Shown piece by piece: positions 31,966 through 40,755 of a stretch of 43,571 nucleotides of DNA (the first letter of the stretch is position 1; every line of letters starts with the position of its first letter). Origin of the DNA: a virus; IMG/VR virus record IMGVR_UViG_3300037309_000058; one strand, given 5' to 3'. The notes beneath the pieces are model-generated. The model was not told the DNA's origin and did no database searches. It worked only from the letters and a program-made list of their open reading frames with translations. The position numbers and the translations under genes are program-made.

Positions 31966-32154
31966 ATGCGTTTTCTCGTACATGCCTCGGCTATGTTCGC
32001 CGTATCTTGCTGGACCACCGCGCTTTTCGCTATGATTGCGGGCGCGGTGCAAGATCATAACCGCCCGCTTGCCGATCTGACCGCTTTCTTCGGGCTGGGT
32101 CTTAGCCTCGTTATATTCTGTGTCGGCATGGTTGCTCTCGAGCGGAGGCGCTGA
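31966..32154 (+). CDS. Small membrane protein (62 aa, two TM helices)
   Basis: ATG with GGAGA upstream. The hydrophobic helices are MFAVSCWTTALFAMIAGAV and FFGLGLSLVIFCVGMVAL. Confidence 0.5.
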   Translation: MRFLVHASAMFAVSCWTTALFAMIAGAVQDHNRPLADLTAFFGLGLSLVIFCVGMVALERRR

Positions 32155-32156
32155 GA

Positions 32157-34064
32157 ATGCGCTGTCCCGCAGTAACCACCATTGACTTTGAGACGCAGGG
32201 GATTGGGCCGCGCCCCGACTACCCGCCGCAGCCCGTCGGCGTCAGCATCCGCGAGCCCGGCAAGCGCGCCAAGTATCTCGCATGGGGGCACCCGACCGGC
32301 AATAATTGCTCCAAGACCGATGCAATACGTATCCTCAAGACCATTTGGCGACCGGGCAACAAACTTCTTTTCTTCAACGGCAAGTTCGACGTCGACGTAG
32401 CCGAGACTCATCTGGGTATGCCCCGGCTGCCCGCCGAGGACATGCACGACGCGATGTTTATCATGTTCTTGCGCGACCCCCATGCCCGCGAAAGCGGGCT
32501 GAAGCCGTTGGCCGAGCGCTATCTCAACGAGCCGCCTGCGGAGCGCGATGCTGTCCGCGATTGGGTGATGGCCAACCGTCACGATATCATGGCTGAGCAT
32601 GGCAAGTTCACGCCCTCTCAATGGGGCAAGCATATTGCGCAAGCCCCCGGCGATCTAGTCGGCAGGTACGCCAACGGCGACGTTGATCGTACGCTCGGGC
32701 TCTTCAGAGCAAGCTGGGATTGGGTAATCAACGAGCATGGCATGTTGGAGGCCTACCAGCGCGAGCAGAAGGTCATGCCGTTGTTCCTGGACAACGAGCG
32801 CATCGGCATACGCCTTGACGTGCGCAGCCTCCGGCGCGATACCAAGATGTATCACGCCGCCATGGAGGCGGCAGACGCTTGGCTGCGCAAGCGGCTCAAG
32901 GCCGACATCAGCCTGGACAACGACACCGACGTCGCCAACGCACTGCTCAAATCGGGTGTAGTGCGCGAGGAAGACTTTACGCTCACGGCCACGGGGCGGT
33001 TGAGTGTGAGCAAGCGCAACCTGACGCCCGGCATGTTTCAAGACCCCCGCGTGGCGCAGGCGTTCGGCTATCGCAACCGCCTCACCACTTGCCTCAAGAT
33101 GTTCATGGAGCCGTGGCTGGCACAGGCCGACCGACGTGGCGATGGCTACATCAGTACGAACTGGAACCAGATACGCAACGAGGGCGGGGGCACGCGCACC
33201 GGCAGGCCGAGCACAACCAACCCGAACTTCTTGAACATCAGCAAGTCGTGGGACAATAATGACGATGGCTACGCGCACCCCGCTCATCTTCGTGTCAGTC
33301 CGCTGCCCCTCGTGCGGCGTTATCTGCTCCCAGACGCTGGAGAGCGATGGCTTCATAGAGATTACAATGGCCAAGAGTTGCGGCTGCTCGCACATTTTGA
33401 AAATGGCCCTCTCATGGAAGCCTACCAAGAAGATCCTTGGCTAGATGTTCACCAGCACGTCGCTGACCTTATTGAGACCACGACCGGGCTGCACTTTCAG
33501 CGCAAGAACGTGAAGATCGCTAACTTCCGCATCATCTACGGGGGCGGCGCGCCTGCCACGGCGGGCGGCATCGGGTGTACGCTCGACGAGGCCAAGGCGC
33601 TGCTCAACGCGCACGCGCGGGCGCTGCCCAGCGTAAAGGGGCGCGGCGGCATATCTGAGCAAACCAGAGACATCGGAGCCGAGGGTAGCTGCCTTTTCAC
33701 ATGGGGCGGGCGCGCGTACTATGCGGAGCCGCCCAGCTACAACAAGAAGCACGGGCGGCACATGGCGTATGAGTACAAGCTGCTCAACTATCTGTGTCAG
33801 GGTAGCGCGGCTGACGTTACGAAGCAGGCGATGATCAACTACAACGAGCATCCGGGGCGGCGTGGGCGCTTTCTCGTTCAGGTCTACGACGAAATGAATG
33901 TGTCCAGCGGCCCCGACGCCAAAGCCGAGATGCAAGTGCTGCGCGACAGCATGGAGGCGGTCACAGAAGATATGGATGTCCCCATGCTCAGCGAGGGCAA
34001 GTGGGGCAAGAGCTGGGGCGATCAGTCCAAGTACAAGGAAGGGAAGAGTAAGTATGAAGACTAA
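32157..34064 (+). CDS. DNA polymerase, family A, with a 3'-5' exonuclease domain
   Basis: Exo I is TIDFETQG and Exo III is YANGDVDRT. Motif A is HRDYNGQELRLLAH, motif B is RKNVKIANFRIIYGGG and motif C is VQVYDEMNV. Confidence 0.9.
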   Translation: MRCPAVTTIDFETQGIGPRPDYPPQPVGVSIREPGKRAKYLAWGHPTGNNCSKTDAIRILKTIWRPGNKLLFFNGKFDVDVAETHLGMPRLPAEDMHDAMFIMFLRDPHARESGLKPLAERYLNEPPAERDAVRDWVMANRHDIMAEHGKFTPSQWGKHIAQAPGDLVGRYANGDVDRTLGLFRASWDWVINEHGMLEAYQREQKVMPLFLDNERIGIRLDVRSLRRDTKMYHAAMEAADAWLRKRLKADISLDNDTDVANALLKSGVVREEDFTLTATGRLSVSKRNLTPGMFQDPRVAQAFGYRNRLTTCLKMFMEPWLAQADRRGDGYISTNWNQIRNEGGGTRTGRPSTTNPNFLNISKSWDNNDDGYAHPAHLRVSPLPLVRRYLLPDAGERWLHRDYNGQELRLLAHFENGPLMEAYQEDPWLDVHQHVADLIETTTGLHFQRKNVKIANFRIIYGGGAPATAGGIGCTLDEAKALLNAHARALPSVKGRGGISEQTRDIGAEGSCLFTWGGRAYYAEPPSYNKKHGRHMAYEYKLLNYLCQGSAADVTKQAMINYNEHPGRRGRFLVQVYDEMNVSSGPDAKAEMQVLRDSMEAVTEDMDVPMLSEGKWGKSWGDQSKYKEGKSKYED

Positions 34065-34296
34065 GTTTGAGGACGTCCCGCTGCACTTGCTCGGTGACGC
34101 CGTCATCGCGGCCTATGCCAAGGCAGGCTTTCAAGTCGTCATCAGCTTGTCCGTTGCAGACGGCGGCACGGGGAAAGTCAACGGCACGAGCAACCTCGAT
34201 GAGCGCGCCGAGGTGGATCTTCTGCGCTGGGTCATTGATCAGCGGGCGGTCGGAGTCTTCGATGAAGACCGCCCCGAAGGGAGTACGTTACAGTGA
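34054..34296 (+). CDS. Small protein (80 aa), unknown function
   Basis: The internal ATG at 34054 overlaps the polymerase 3' end by 11 nt. Confidence 0.45.
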   Translation: MKTKFEDVPLHLLGDAVIAAYAKAGFQVVISLSVADGGTGKVNGTSNLDERAEVDLLRWVIDQRAVGVFDEDRPEGSTLQ

Positions 34297-34514
34297 GCGG
34301 GCAAGGGCACAACAACCCGCCCGTAACGGTAGAGTTTACGGTCGACGAGGCCACGTTTCTGCGCGATGCGCTAGATGCGGAAGTGGGGGCGGCGCTCAAC
34401 ATCTTAGCAGCGGTGCAAGACGGCACCTTCACTGAGGATGTCGCTGTCAAAGTAGTAGCGAAGATGGAAGCCGTACGCCCTATTCTCGCCAAGTTCAAGG
34501 AAGCCTTAAAATGA
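34293..34514 (+). CDS. Small protein (73 aa), unknown function
   Basis: The GTG start overlaps the preceding stop (GTGA). Confidence 0.45.
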   Translation: MSGQGHNNPPVTVEFTVDEATFLRDALDAEVGAALNILAAVQDGTFTEDVAVKVVAKMEAVRPILAKFKEALK

Positions 34515-35179
34515 GCAACGGCATCACCGCTTGGAGCTATAGCCGATACGCCGATTATGTCCAGTGCCCGCTGCGCTTCAAGCTCAAGCACGTGGACCGC
34601 ATTCCGGTGCCCGGCTCCCCCGCCATGGACCGCGGAAGCGATATCCACAAGGAAGGCGAGAACTACCTCAAAGCCGGAAAGAAGACCAAGCCCCCGGTCA
34701 GCTACAAGAACTTCGCTGAGCCGATGAAGCAGCTCACCGGGCTAAACCCGATGGTGGAGCAGCAATGGGGCTTCACGCGCCAGTGGACGCCGACAAGCTG
34801 GTTCGGGGCCGACACATGGCTGCGCATCGTCTGCGACGTAGCCGTGGTGTACGAAGACAACACCGCAGACATCATCGACTTTAAGACGGGCCGCAAGTAC
34901 GACACGAACGAAGAGCAGGTCGAGCTCTTCAGTACCGGGGTCTTCATGAAGTTCCCAGAGGTCACGCATGTGACCACGCGTCTGTGGTATCTGGACGTTG
35001 AGGACGACAACGAAGTTATTCGCGAGTACACCCGCGATGACTTCGACCGCATCCGCAAGGACTGGGAGCGCAAGATCGTCAAGATGTTCAAAGACAAGAA
35101 GTTCGCGCCAACGCCGAGCAGTCATGCTTGTCGCTGGTGCCCATTCAAGAAGAGCGAGGGCGGGCCTTGCCCATACTAA
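34511..35179 (+). CDS. PD-(D/E)XK nuclease, Cas4/RecB-like, with a Cys cluster
   Basis: The N-terminus has YVQCPLRF. The core is IVCDVAVVYEDNTADIIDFKTG and the C-terminus is CRWCPFKKSEGGPC, which fits a 4Fe-4S cluster pattern. Confidence 0.8.
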   Translation: MSNGITAWSYSRYADYVQCPLRFKLKHVDRIPVPGSPAMDRGSDIHKEGENYLKAGKKTKPPVSYKNFAEPMKQLTGLNPMVEQQWGFTRQWTPTSWFGADTWLRIVCDVAVVYEDNTADIIDFKTGRKYDTNEEQVELFSTGVFMKFPEVTHVTTRLWYLDVEDDNEVIREYTRDDFDRIRKDWERKIVKMFKDKKFAPTPSSHACRWCPFKKSEGGPCPY

Positions 35180-35197
35180 GGAAGGAAATCGGGAACA

Positions 35198-35350
35198 ATG
35201 GACGCAAAACTGGAGCGTATCAACGGGGTGCCTGTTCTTTGCCTCAAGCGCAGCCAATGGGGCGGCGGCAAGCGGCAGGTCTTTGACCTTGTCCTGACCG
35301 AACAGCAGGCCAAGCAAATTCAAATTCATACAGGAGCAGACTTCGCATGA
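35198..35350 (+). CDS. Small protein (50 aa), not in the ORF track
   Basis: ATG at 35198 with AAGGAAGGA upstream. The stop overlaps the next start (ATGA). Confidence 0.45.
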   Translation: MDAKLERINGVPVLCLKRSQWGGGKRQVFDLVLTEQQAKQIQIHTGADFA

Positions 35351-35934
35351 CGCACGTGATGGTAGACTTGGAGACGCTCGGCACTGTACCGGGCTGCGTT
35401 ATCCTCAGCATCGGGGCAGTCGAGTTTTTCCCAGAAACCGGCGAGCTCGGTCGCGAGTTCTATGAGGTCATCAGCACCTACGACTCGCTTGAATGCTTCC
35501 TGTCGGTGGACAAGGACACCGAGGCGTGGTGGCTCAACCAGAGCCGCGACGCCCAGCGCGTGCTGGAGCTTGCACGCCAGCCCGCCGCCACGAAGCTCGC
35601 GGTGGCGCTGGCCCGCTTCAACGATTATCTCAGCGCCATTGCGCCGCCCAGCCATATCCGCCTTTATGGCAACGGGGCCGACTTCGACAACCCGATATTG
35701 CGAGTCGCCTACTCCTGTGCTAAGGTGCAGCCGTACTTCAAGGGCTACGGCGGGCGGTGCTACCGGCAGCTGAAGAACTTGGACGAACTCTTCGGCCCCG
35801 CCATGGCTTTCCAAAAGCTGGAGCGCCAAGGAACTCACCATAACGCGCTTGATGACGCCAAGTCCCAAGCGACGCACTTGATGGCGAACGTCGCCCGTCT
35901 CAAGCGCGTGATACAACAGGCGGCAGGAGAATGA
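35347..35934 (+). CDS. DnaQ-fold 3'-5' exonuclease (Rv2179c-like)
   Basis: The motifs are VMVDLETLG, YGNGADFDNPIL and THHNALDDAKSQA. Confidence 0.75.
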   Translation: MTHVMVDLETLGTVPGCVILSIGAVEFFPETGELGREFYEVISTYDSLECFLSVDKDTEAWWLNQSRDAQRVLELARQPAATKLAVALARFNDYLSAIAPPSHIRLYGNGADFDNPILRVAYSCAKVQPYFKGYGGRCYRQLKNLDELFGPAMAFQKLERQGTHHNALDDAKSQATHLMANVARLKRVIQQAAGE

Positions 35935-36239
35935 CCTTGTTCAAAGTACGACTGACAGCGCCCGACGACAGGTGCCTTTTGGCCGAAGTCATGCGCACCA
36001 TCGACGAGCACGGGGCCGAGCGATCGATCACCGGCTGCGAGACCACCCGCTACTTCGCGGCGGCGGGCGACAAGGTGAGCTTCGCCATGTCCCCCGGCGA
36101 CGAGCTCGACGTGGCCGAGTTCACCGAGAGCTACTCCAGCCTCGATGAACTAGTCAAGAAGGAGACCCTCAAGCGCGATGCTGAAGTTGACCCGGTTATG
36201 CCGGAACTTCGTGTCGTCTGTGGCGAGGAGCTCCACTGA
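35931..36239 (+). CDS. Hypothetical protein (102 aa)
   Basis: Coupled to the preceding gene by an ATGA overlap. Confidence 0.5.
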   Translation: MTLFKVRLTAPDDRCLLAEVMRTIDEHGAERSITGCETTRYFAAAGDKVSFAMSPGDELDVAEFTESYSSLDELVKKETLKRDAEVDPVMPELRVVCGEELH

Positions 36240-36586
36240 TGCTCAGCGCCCAGACCAAGGGGCTGGCGCAAGCCGCCCAAGAGTACCAGCGCAACGAGGG
36301 CGTTCTCGGAACGACGTCGGCAACCCGCCTCGAGATCACGCTGAAGAGCGTATACGAGGCTATCGCCCGCGTACGCTCTATGACGGGGTCTGTCGTTGAG
36401 ATCAACCGTCAGCTCACCGGAAGCAGCGGCCTGCCCCCGACGGAAAGCCCCGAACTTACGAACGGCGAGCGTCCCTGCGTCGGCATAGTCGGCGATATCG
36501 AAAACGCTGTACAGGATCTTCATACCGCCCTGTACGAACACGAAGTGGTTCTGGGGCACTTGCAACGCTGCTCGATCGTTGCGTAG
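36239..36586 (+). CDS. Hypothetical protein (115 aa)
   Basis: Coupled to the preceding gene by a TGATG overlap. Confidence 0.5.
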   Translation: MLSAQTKGLAQAAQEYQRNEGVLGTTSATRLEITLKSVYEAIARVRSMTGSVVEINRQLTGSSGLPPTESPELTNGERPCVGIVGDIENAVQDLHTALYEHEVVLGHLQRCSIVA

Positions 36587-36881
36587 AGAAAGCGCCTTGG
36601 AGCGTCGCGTATGCGACAAGGCGCTGCGCCGCTACGGGGTGGCCAGCGTAAAGCTAGAGCCGCCCCGTGGCAGCGAAACAGGCTGGCCCGACCGTCTGTT
36701 CTTCATACCGGGAGGCAAGCCCTTCTTCCTCGAGTTCAAGGAAGTGGGTCATGCCCCCGAGCCGAAGCAAGAGTATATGCACGACCTATTAGAGGGATTA
36801 GGGTACGATGTCGCGTGGACTGACGATGAAGAAGCCGCTCTCGCAGCAATCGAAGCGCGAGTTCAGCAAGCTCGCGCATGA
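36579..36881 (+). CDS. VRR-NUC domain nuclease
   Basis: It contains GWPDRLFFIPGGKPFFLEFKEVGHAPEPKQE. The start is uncertain: TTG at 36579 or TTG at 36597. Confidence 0.7.
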   Translation: MRRESALERRVCDKALRRYGVASVKLEPPRGSETGWPDRLFFIPGGKPFFLEFKEVGHAPEPKQEYMHDLLEGLGYDVAWTDDEEAALAAIEARVQQARA

Positions 36882-38295
36882 CTACCAGCGCAACGCCGTC
36901 AAGTTTCTGCTCAGCCACGGGGCGGCGGCGCTGCTGTTTGATCCCGGCATGGGTAAGACCGCCATCGTATTGAAGGCGCTCGCCGCGCTCAAGAAAGCGC
37001 AGACCAACGAGCGCACGCTTGTTATCGCGCCCCTCCGTGTGTGCCAGCTTGTCTGGCCGGACGAGCCAAACGAGTGGGACGACTTGAAGCACATGCGCGT
37101 CGGTGTGCTGCACGGCCCGAACAAGCAGAAGGTGCTGGACAACCGCGCAGACTACGACATCCTCGTGATCAACCCGGAGGGGCTTGACTGGCTGCTCTTC
37201 GGCTCCCCAGCTGAGAAGCGTGCCCGGCAAGGGCGTATAGACACGCGGCGCTGGAAGAGCTTCGGCTTCGACACGCTGGTCATCGATGAACTGACGAAGT
37301 TCAAGACAACCAAGAGCGTACGCTCCAAGATGCTGAAGCAAGTGCTGCCGACGTTCATCCGCCGCTGGGGCCTCACGGGCACGCCCGCCCCCAACGGGCT
37401 GCTGGATCTGTTCGGCCAGATGTACGTCTTGGACTTGGGGAATTCGCTCGGGCAGTATATCACGCACTATCGCTTCAAGTACTTCGTGGCGCTGGACAAG
37501 AACGGGTGGAAGTGGGCGCTCAAGCCGGGGGCTGAGAAAGAGATCTACAGAGCCATCGCGCCCCTCGCCTTGCGGGCAGACGCGGAAGATCATCTTGAGC
37601 TGCCGACGCTCGTACCGATCAAGCACTTCGTTGAGCTCCCGCCCGAAGTGGCCAAGCTCTACGAGACGCTGGAGGACGAGCTTATCGCAGTGGCGCAGGG
37701 CAAAGACATCGTTGCCAGCAACGCCGCCGCCGCTAGCACGAAGTGTCGCCAGATCGCCAACGGCGCGGTCTACATTGATGACGACTTGGCCAGCAAGGTC
37801 GCAGGTAAGAAGCGCGGAGTGGCGGAGCTCCATGACGGCAAGCTCAATGCCCTCAAAGATCTAATCGATGAGCTCAACGGGCAACAGGTCTTGGTCGCCT
37901 ATGAGTTCAACCACGATCAAGCTCGGTTGCGCAAGGCGTTCCCGGATGCAGTGTTCATGAGCGACGCCAAGACGCAGGCCAAGGCCAAGCAGATTGAGCG
38001 CGACTGGAACGACGGCAAGATTGCTATCCTGTTCGGGCACCCCGCCAGCATGGGGCACGGGCTGAACTTCCAAAAGGGCAATGCGCAGCATGTCGTGTGG
38101 TTTAGCATGTTCTGGGACTTAGAGCTTTACGATCAATTTATTCGGCGTATAAGGCGGCAGGGTAACAAGGCGCTGCGCGTCTTCGTTCACCATATCATGG
38201 CCAAGAAGACCATTGATGAACTTGTCTACCGTGTGCAGGGCAGCAAGACCAAGACGCAGGCGTCGCTGCTCAATGCCCTGAAGGAGCTTCGGTGA
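36808..38295 (+). CDS. SNF2-family (SF2) DNA helicase/translocase
   Basis: Motif I is FDPGMGKTA and motif II is LVIDELTKF. The C-terminal helicase motifs include LFGHPASMGHGLNFQ. The start overlaps VRR-NUC by 56-74 nt (ATG at 36808 or 36826). Confidence 0.85.
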   Translation: MSRGLTMKKPLSQQSKREFSKLAHDYQRNAVKFLLSHGAAALLFDPGMGKTAIVLKALAALKKAQTNERTLVIAPLRVCQLVWPDEPNEWDDLKHMRVGVLHGPNKQKVLDNRADYDILVINPEGLDWLLFGSPAEKRARQGRIDTRRWKSFGFDTLVIDELTKFKTTKSVRSKMLKQVLPTFIRRWGLTGTPAPNGLLDLFGQMYVLDLGNSLGQYITHYRFKYFVALDKNGWKWALKPGAEKEIYRAIAPLALRADAEDHLELPTLVPIKHFVELPPEVAKLYETLEDELIAVAQGKDIVASNAAAASTKCRQIANGAVYIDDDLASKVAGKKRGVAELHDGKLNALKDLIDELNGQQVLVAYEFNHDQARLRKAFPDAVFMSDAKTQAKAKQIERDWNDGKIAILFGHPASMGHGLNFQKGNAQHVVWFSMFWDLELYDQFIRRIRRQGNKALRVFVHHIMAKKTIDELVYRVQGSKTKTQASLLNALKELR

Positions 38296-38519
38296 TTACG
38301 ATGAACTACTGTAGAGAATGCGGGCGGAGCGAAGGCGGACGCTGGATAGCCTGCCCTCAAATTTCGGCATACTTAGACGGTGCCCGCGAGTACGCCAAAA
38401 TCGTGCGTTGGGATCCGAACGACGCCAAGGTCGTTGCCAACATCGCGTCAATGTTTAGAAACAGGGGATACCCCGCATGGTATCGCCCAATCGCGGAGAG
38501 AATTAGTGGTCAAGCGTAA
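38292..38519 (+). CDS. Small protein (75 aa) with an N-terminal CxxC motif
   Basis: GTG at 38292 overlaps the SNF2 stop. An alternative ATG is at 38301 (MNYCREC). Confidence 0.45.
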   Translation: MITMNYCRECGRSEGGRWIACPQISAYLDGAREYAKIVRWDPNDAKVVANIASMFRNRGYPAWYRPIAERISGQA

Positions 38520-39198
38520 GCCCGTCAAGAGCCCTCTCCAGACGCCGCCGTGGTGGCGGGAGGGCTTTGTGCCTTGCGCCTGTCGTGATCCTGCCAGCGT
38601 GGCGGGAGGGCTGTTCGGCACCATGTTCATGCTTGCCCCTACATTCGAAGGCACGTTGGCGGTGCAGCGAATCGTCAATATGCCGGGGCACCTAGGCGTC
38701 AGGGAGCGCGTGATCGCCGCCAACCAAATGCGACACTATACTGTTATAACAGACGAAGAAAGTGCTTTACAGTCACTTCTTCTCGAGCTAAAGTCCCAAA
38801 TGCTGACCGAGGGCGCGACGCGCGAGGCAGTACGTTTAGTCGGGGAGTATATCCCCATAACCGACAAGGAGTACAAGATCATGTCCGAGAAGCTCAAGAC
38901 CCCCGCCAAGAAGGCCCCCGCCGCCAAGGCCCCGGCTGCGAAGGCCCCCGCCGCTCCCAAGAAGGCCCCCGCCCCGCCGAAGGAAGGCTCTGGCCGTGGC
39001 CGCGCCTCCACGCTCGACGAAAAGGCCAAGCTGGCTCTGACCGAAAAGGGCCAGAAGAAGGTCGAGAAGGCGGGCAAGGACGACAAGCTGGCGCTGATCG
39101 CCAAGGCCAAGACCGTCGGCAACGCCCTCAAGGTCGATGGCGTCCTGCCCAAGGACATCCACTACGCCGTGAAGGTCGGCCTTCTCGAGCTGAGCTGA
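38506..39198 (+). CDS. Protein with a histone-H1-like AKP tract and the shared C-terminal module (paralogue 3)
   Basis: I chose the GTG at 38506, which has GGAGAG 5 nt upstream. It contains KKAPAAKAPAAKAPAAPKKAPAPPK, and the C-terminus is LTEKGQKKVEKAG...DGVLPKDIHYAVKVGLLELS. A shorter product from the ATG at 38881 (AAGGAG upstream) is possible. Confidence 0.55.
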   Translation: MVKRKPVKSPLQTPPWWREGFVPCACRDPASVAGGLFGTMFMLAPTFEGTLAVQRIVNMPGHLGVRERVIAANQMRHYTVITDEESALQSLLLELKSQMLTEGATREAVRLVGEYIPITDKEYKIMSEKLKTPAKKAPAAKAPAAKAPAAPKKAPAPPKEGSGRGRASTLDEKAKLALTEKGQKKVEKAGKDDKLALIAKAKTVGNALKVDGVLPKDIHYAVKVGLLELS

Positions 39199-39238
39199 GC
39201 CGGCTCGTTTCTTTCTCTCCCTGGACCGGAGAACATCA

Positions 39239-39994
39239 ATGCGTGTTTATATCCCGACCTATGGGCGGGCTCACCGCCTGCGTACCGTGGACTACCTCCC
39301 CAAGCTCCGGTCCAGAATTACTCTGGTCGTTCGCCCGGAGGAAGTCCACGAGTACGGCCCTCTCGGCTACGACATGGCCGTGCTTTCCAAGAAAGTCAAG
39401 GACATCGCCGCCACGCGGCACGCCGTTGGTGAGATCGCCGGCGAGCGCGGCGAAAAGTTCTTCGCCATGGCTGACGACGACCTGCGCGTGCTTCAGCGCG
39501 ACGACCAGCTCAAGCTCACACCGTTGCAGGATGGCCGAGAGCTTATGCGCGTCATGAAGAAGCTGCTCGCCACGCAATACGCGCAGGTCGCGCTCTCGCC
39601 CCGCTTCATGAACAACACGGTCCCTGAGCCCGTAGTGCCGCTGAAGCCGCAGTCGCAGTTCACGGCTTATCGGACCGAAGACTATCGCCTGCTCAAGTTC
39701 GGCGAGGCGAAGTACTTCGAGGACGTTCACCGGACGCTCCAGCTGCTGACGGCAGGCAAGCCCACCGCCATGATTTACGACTACGCGATCGACATCGGCC
39801 CGATGAACACTGACGGCGGGATGGCCGACTGGCGTAACTACGACGACATGATGGCGGAGGCCTTCTGGATGGAGCGCCGCTGGCCGGGCATCGTGCGCGC
39901 GTGCGAAGTGCGCGACGAGAAATTTTGGCCCGGCCAACCGAACGTCCTCCGGCCTCATATCAGGATGCAATGGAAGAAGGCGTACAAAGGATGA
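39239..39994 (+). CDS. GT-A-fold (glycosyl)transferase-like protein, paralogue A
   Basis: The N-terminal MRVYIPTYGRA resembles the GT2 IPTYNRA strand. There is a DxD-like motif, FFAMADDDL. It is clearly paralogous to the next gene. Confidence 0.45.
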   Translation: MRVYIPTYGRAHRLRTVDYLPKLRSRITLVVRPEEVHEYGPLGYDMAVLSKKVKDIAATRHAVGEIAGERGEKFFAMADDDLRVLQRDDQLKLTPLQDGRELMRVMKKLLATQYAQVALSPRFMNNTVPEPVVPLKPQSQFTAYRTEDYRLLKFGEAKYFEDVHRTLQLLTAGKPTAMIYDYAIDIGPMNTDGGMADWRNYDDMMAEAFWMERRWPGIVRACEVRDEKFWPGQPNVLRPHIRMQWKKAYKG

Positions 39995-40755
39995 AGATAT
40001 TTATACCGAGCCGTGCGCGTGCCGCGCAGCGGCATCACACGTGGGATGCTCTACCGCCTGCCGCCAAGCGGCGGGCGCTTATTGTCATCGGTCCTGAGGA
40101 CGCGGCAGACTACGCTGAACGTTTTCCGCTGTCCAACCTTATGGTCGTGGAGGCAAAGGGTATCGGGCCGGTGCGCCAGCATATCGTAGATATCAGCGAC
40201 GGCCCGGTGCTGATGCTGGACGACGACCTCAGCTTCTTCGTGCGCCGCACAGACAACCCGACCAAGCTGGCCAAGGCCACGGGGCCGGAAGTGACCGCGA
40301 TGCTGCGCTGCATGGAGCGCGTGTTGAAGAAAGATGCGCACGCGGCGGTCGCTGTCCGTGAAGGGGCCAATCGGAACACGGACCCTTTCCTCTACAACAC
40401 GCGCTGTCTTCGGGCGCTCGGATACAACGCTACTGTCCTCAAGCGAGAGGGCGTGCGCTTTGACCGTCTCCCTGTCATGGAGGACTTTGACGTTGCGCTC
40501 CAGCTGCTCCGACGGGGGCACCGCAGCGTGACGCTCAACGAGTGGTGCCAAGACCAAGGCACGAGCAATGCGCCGGGCGGCTGCTCAACGTATCGTACGA
40601 TGGACGTGCAGGCCAAGGGAGCCGAGGGGCTGGCCAAGCTGCACCCCGGCTATGTGCGCCTCGTGACCAAACAAACGAAGACCGCGTGGGGCGGGCAGGA
40701 ACGCAAGGACGTTCAAGTCTCTTGGAAAAAGGCATACGACGATGCGCACCGCTGA
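39991..40755 (+). CDS. GT-A-fold (glycosyl)transferase-like protein, paralogue B
   Basis: It has MKIFIPSRARA, VLMLDDDL, MEDFDVALQLLRRG and a C-terminal SWKKAY. The start has an ATGA overlap with paralogue A. Confidence 0.45.
   Translation: MKIFIPSRARAAQRHHTWDALPPAAKRRALIVIGPEDAADYAERFPLSNLMVVEAKGIGPVRQHIVDISDGPVLMLDDDLSFFVRRTDNPTKLAKATGPEVTAMLRCMERVLKKDAHAAVAVREGANRNTDPFLYNTRCLRALGYNATVLKREGVRFDRLPVMEDFDVALQLLRRGHRSVTLNEWCQDQGTSNAPGGCSTYRTMDVQAKGAEGLAKLHPGYVRLVTKQTKTAWGGQERKDVQVSWKKAYDDAHR

Noticed and set aside
30849-32018. 389-aa minus-strand ORF across the 31026 gene
   Set aside because: It is antisense to RBS-supported plus-strand genes inside a strictly plus-strand block. The composition is Arg/Leu/Val-rich and typical of GC-rich shadow ORFs. 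The same applies to 36736..37833(-), 23473..24438(-), 35326..35916(-), 39236..39970(-) and 5314..6336(+).
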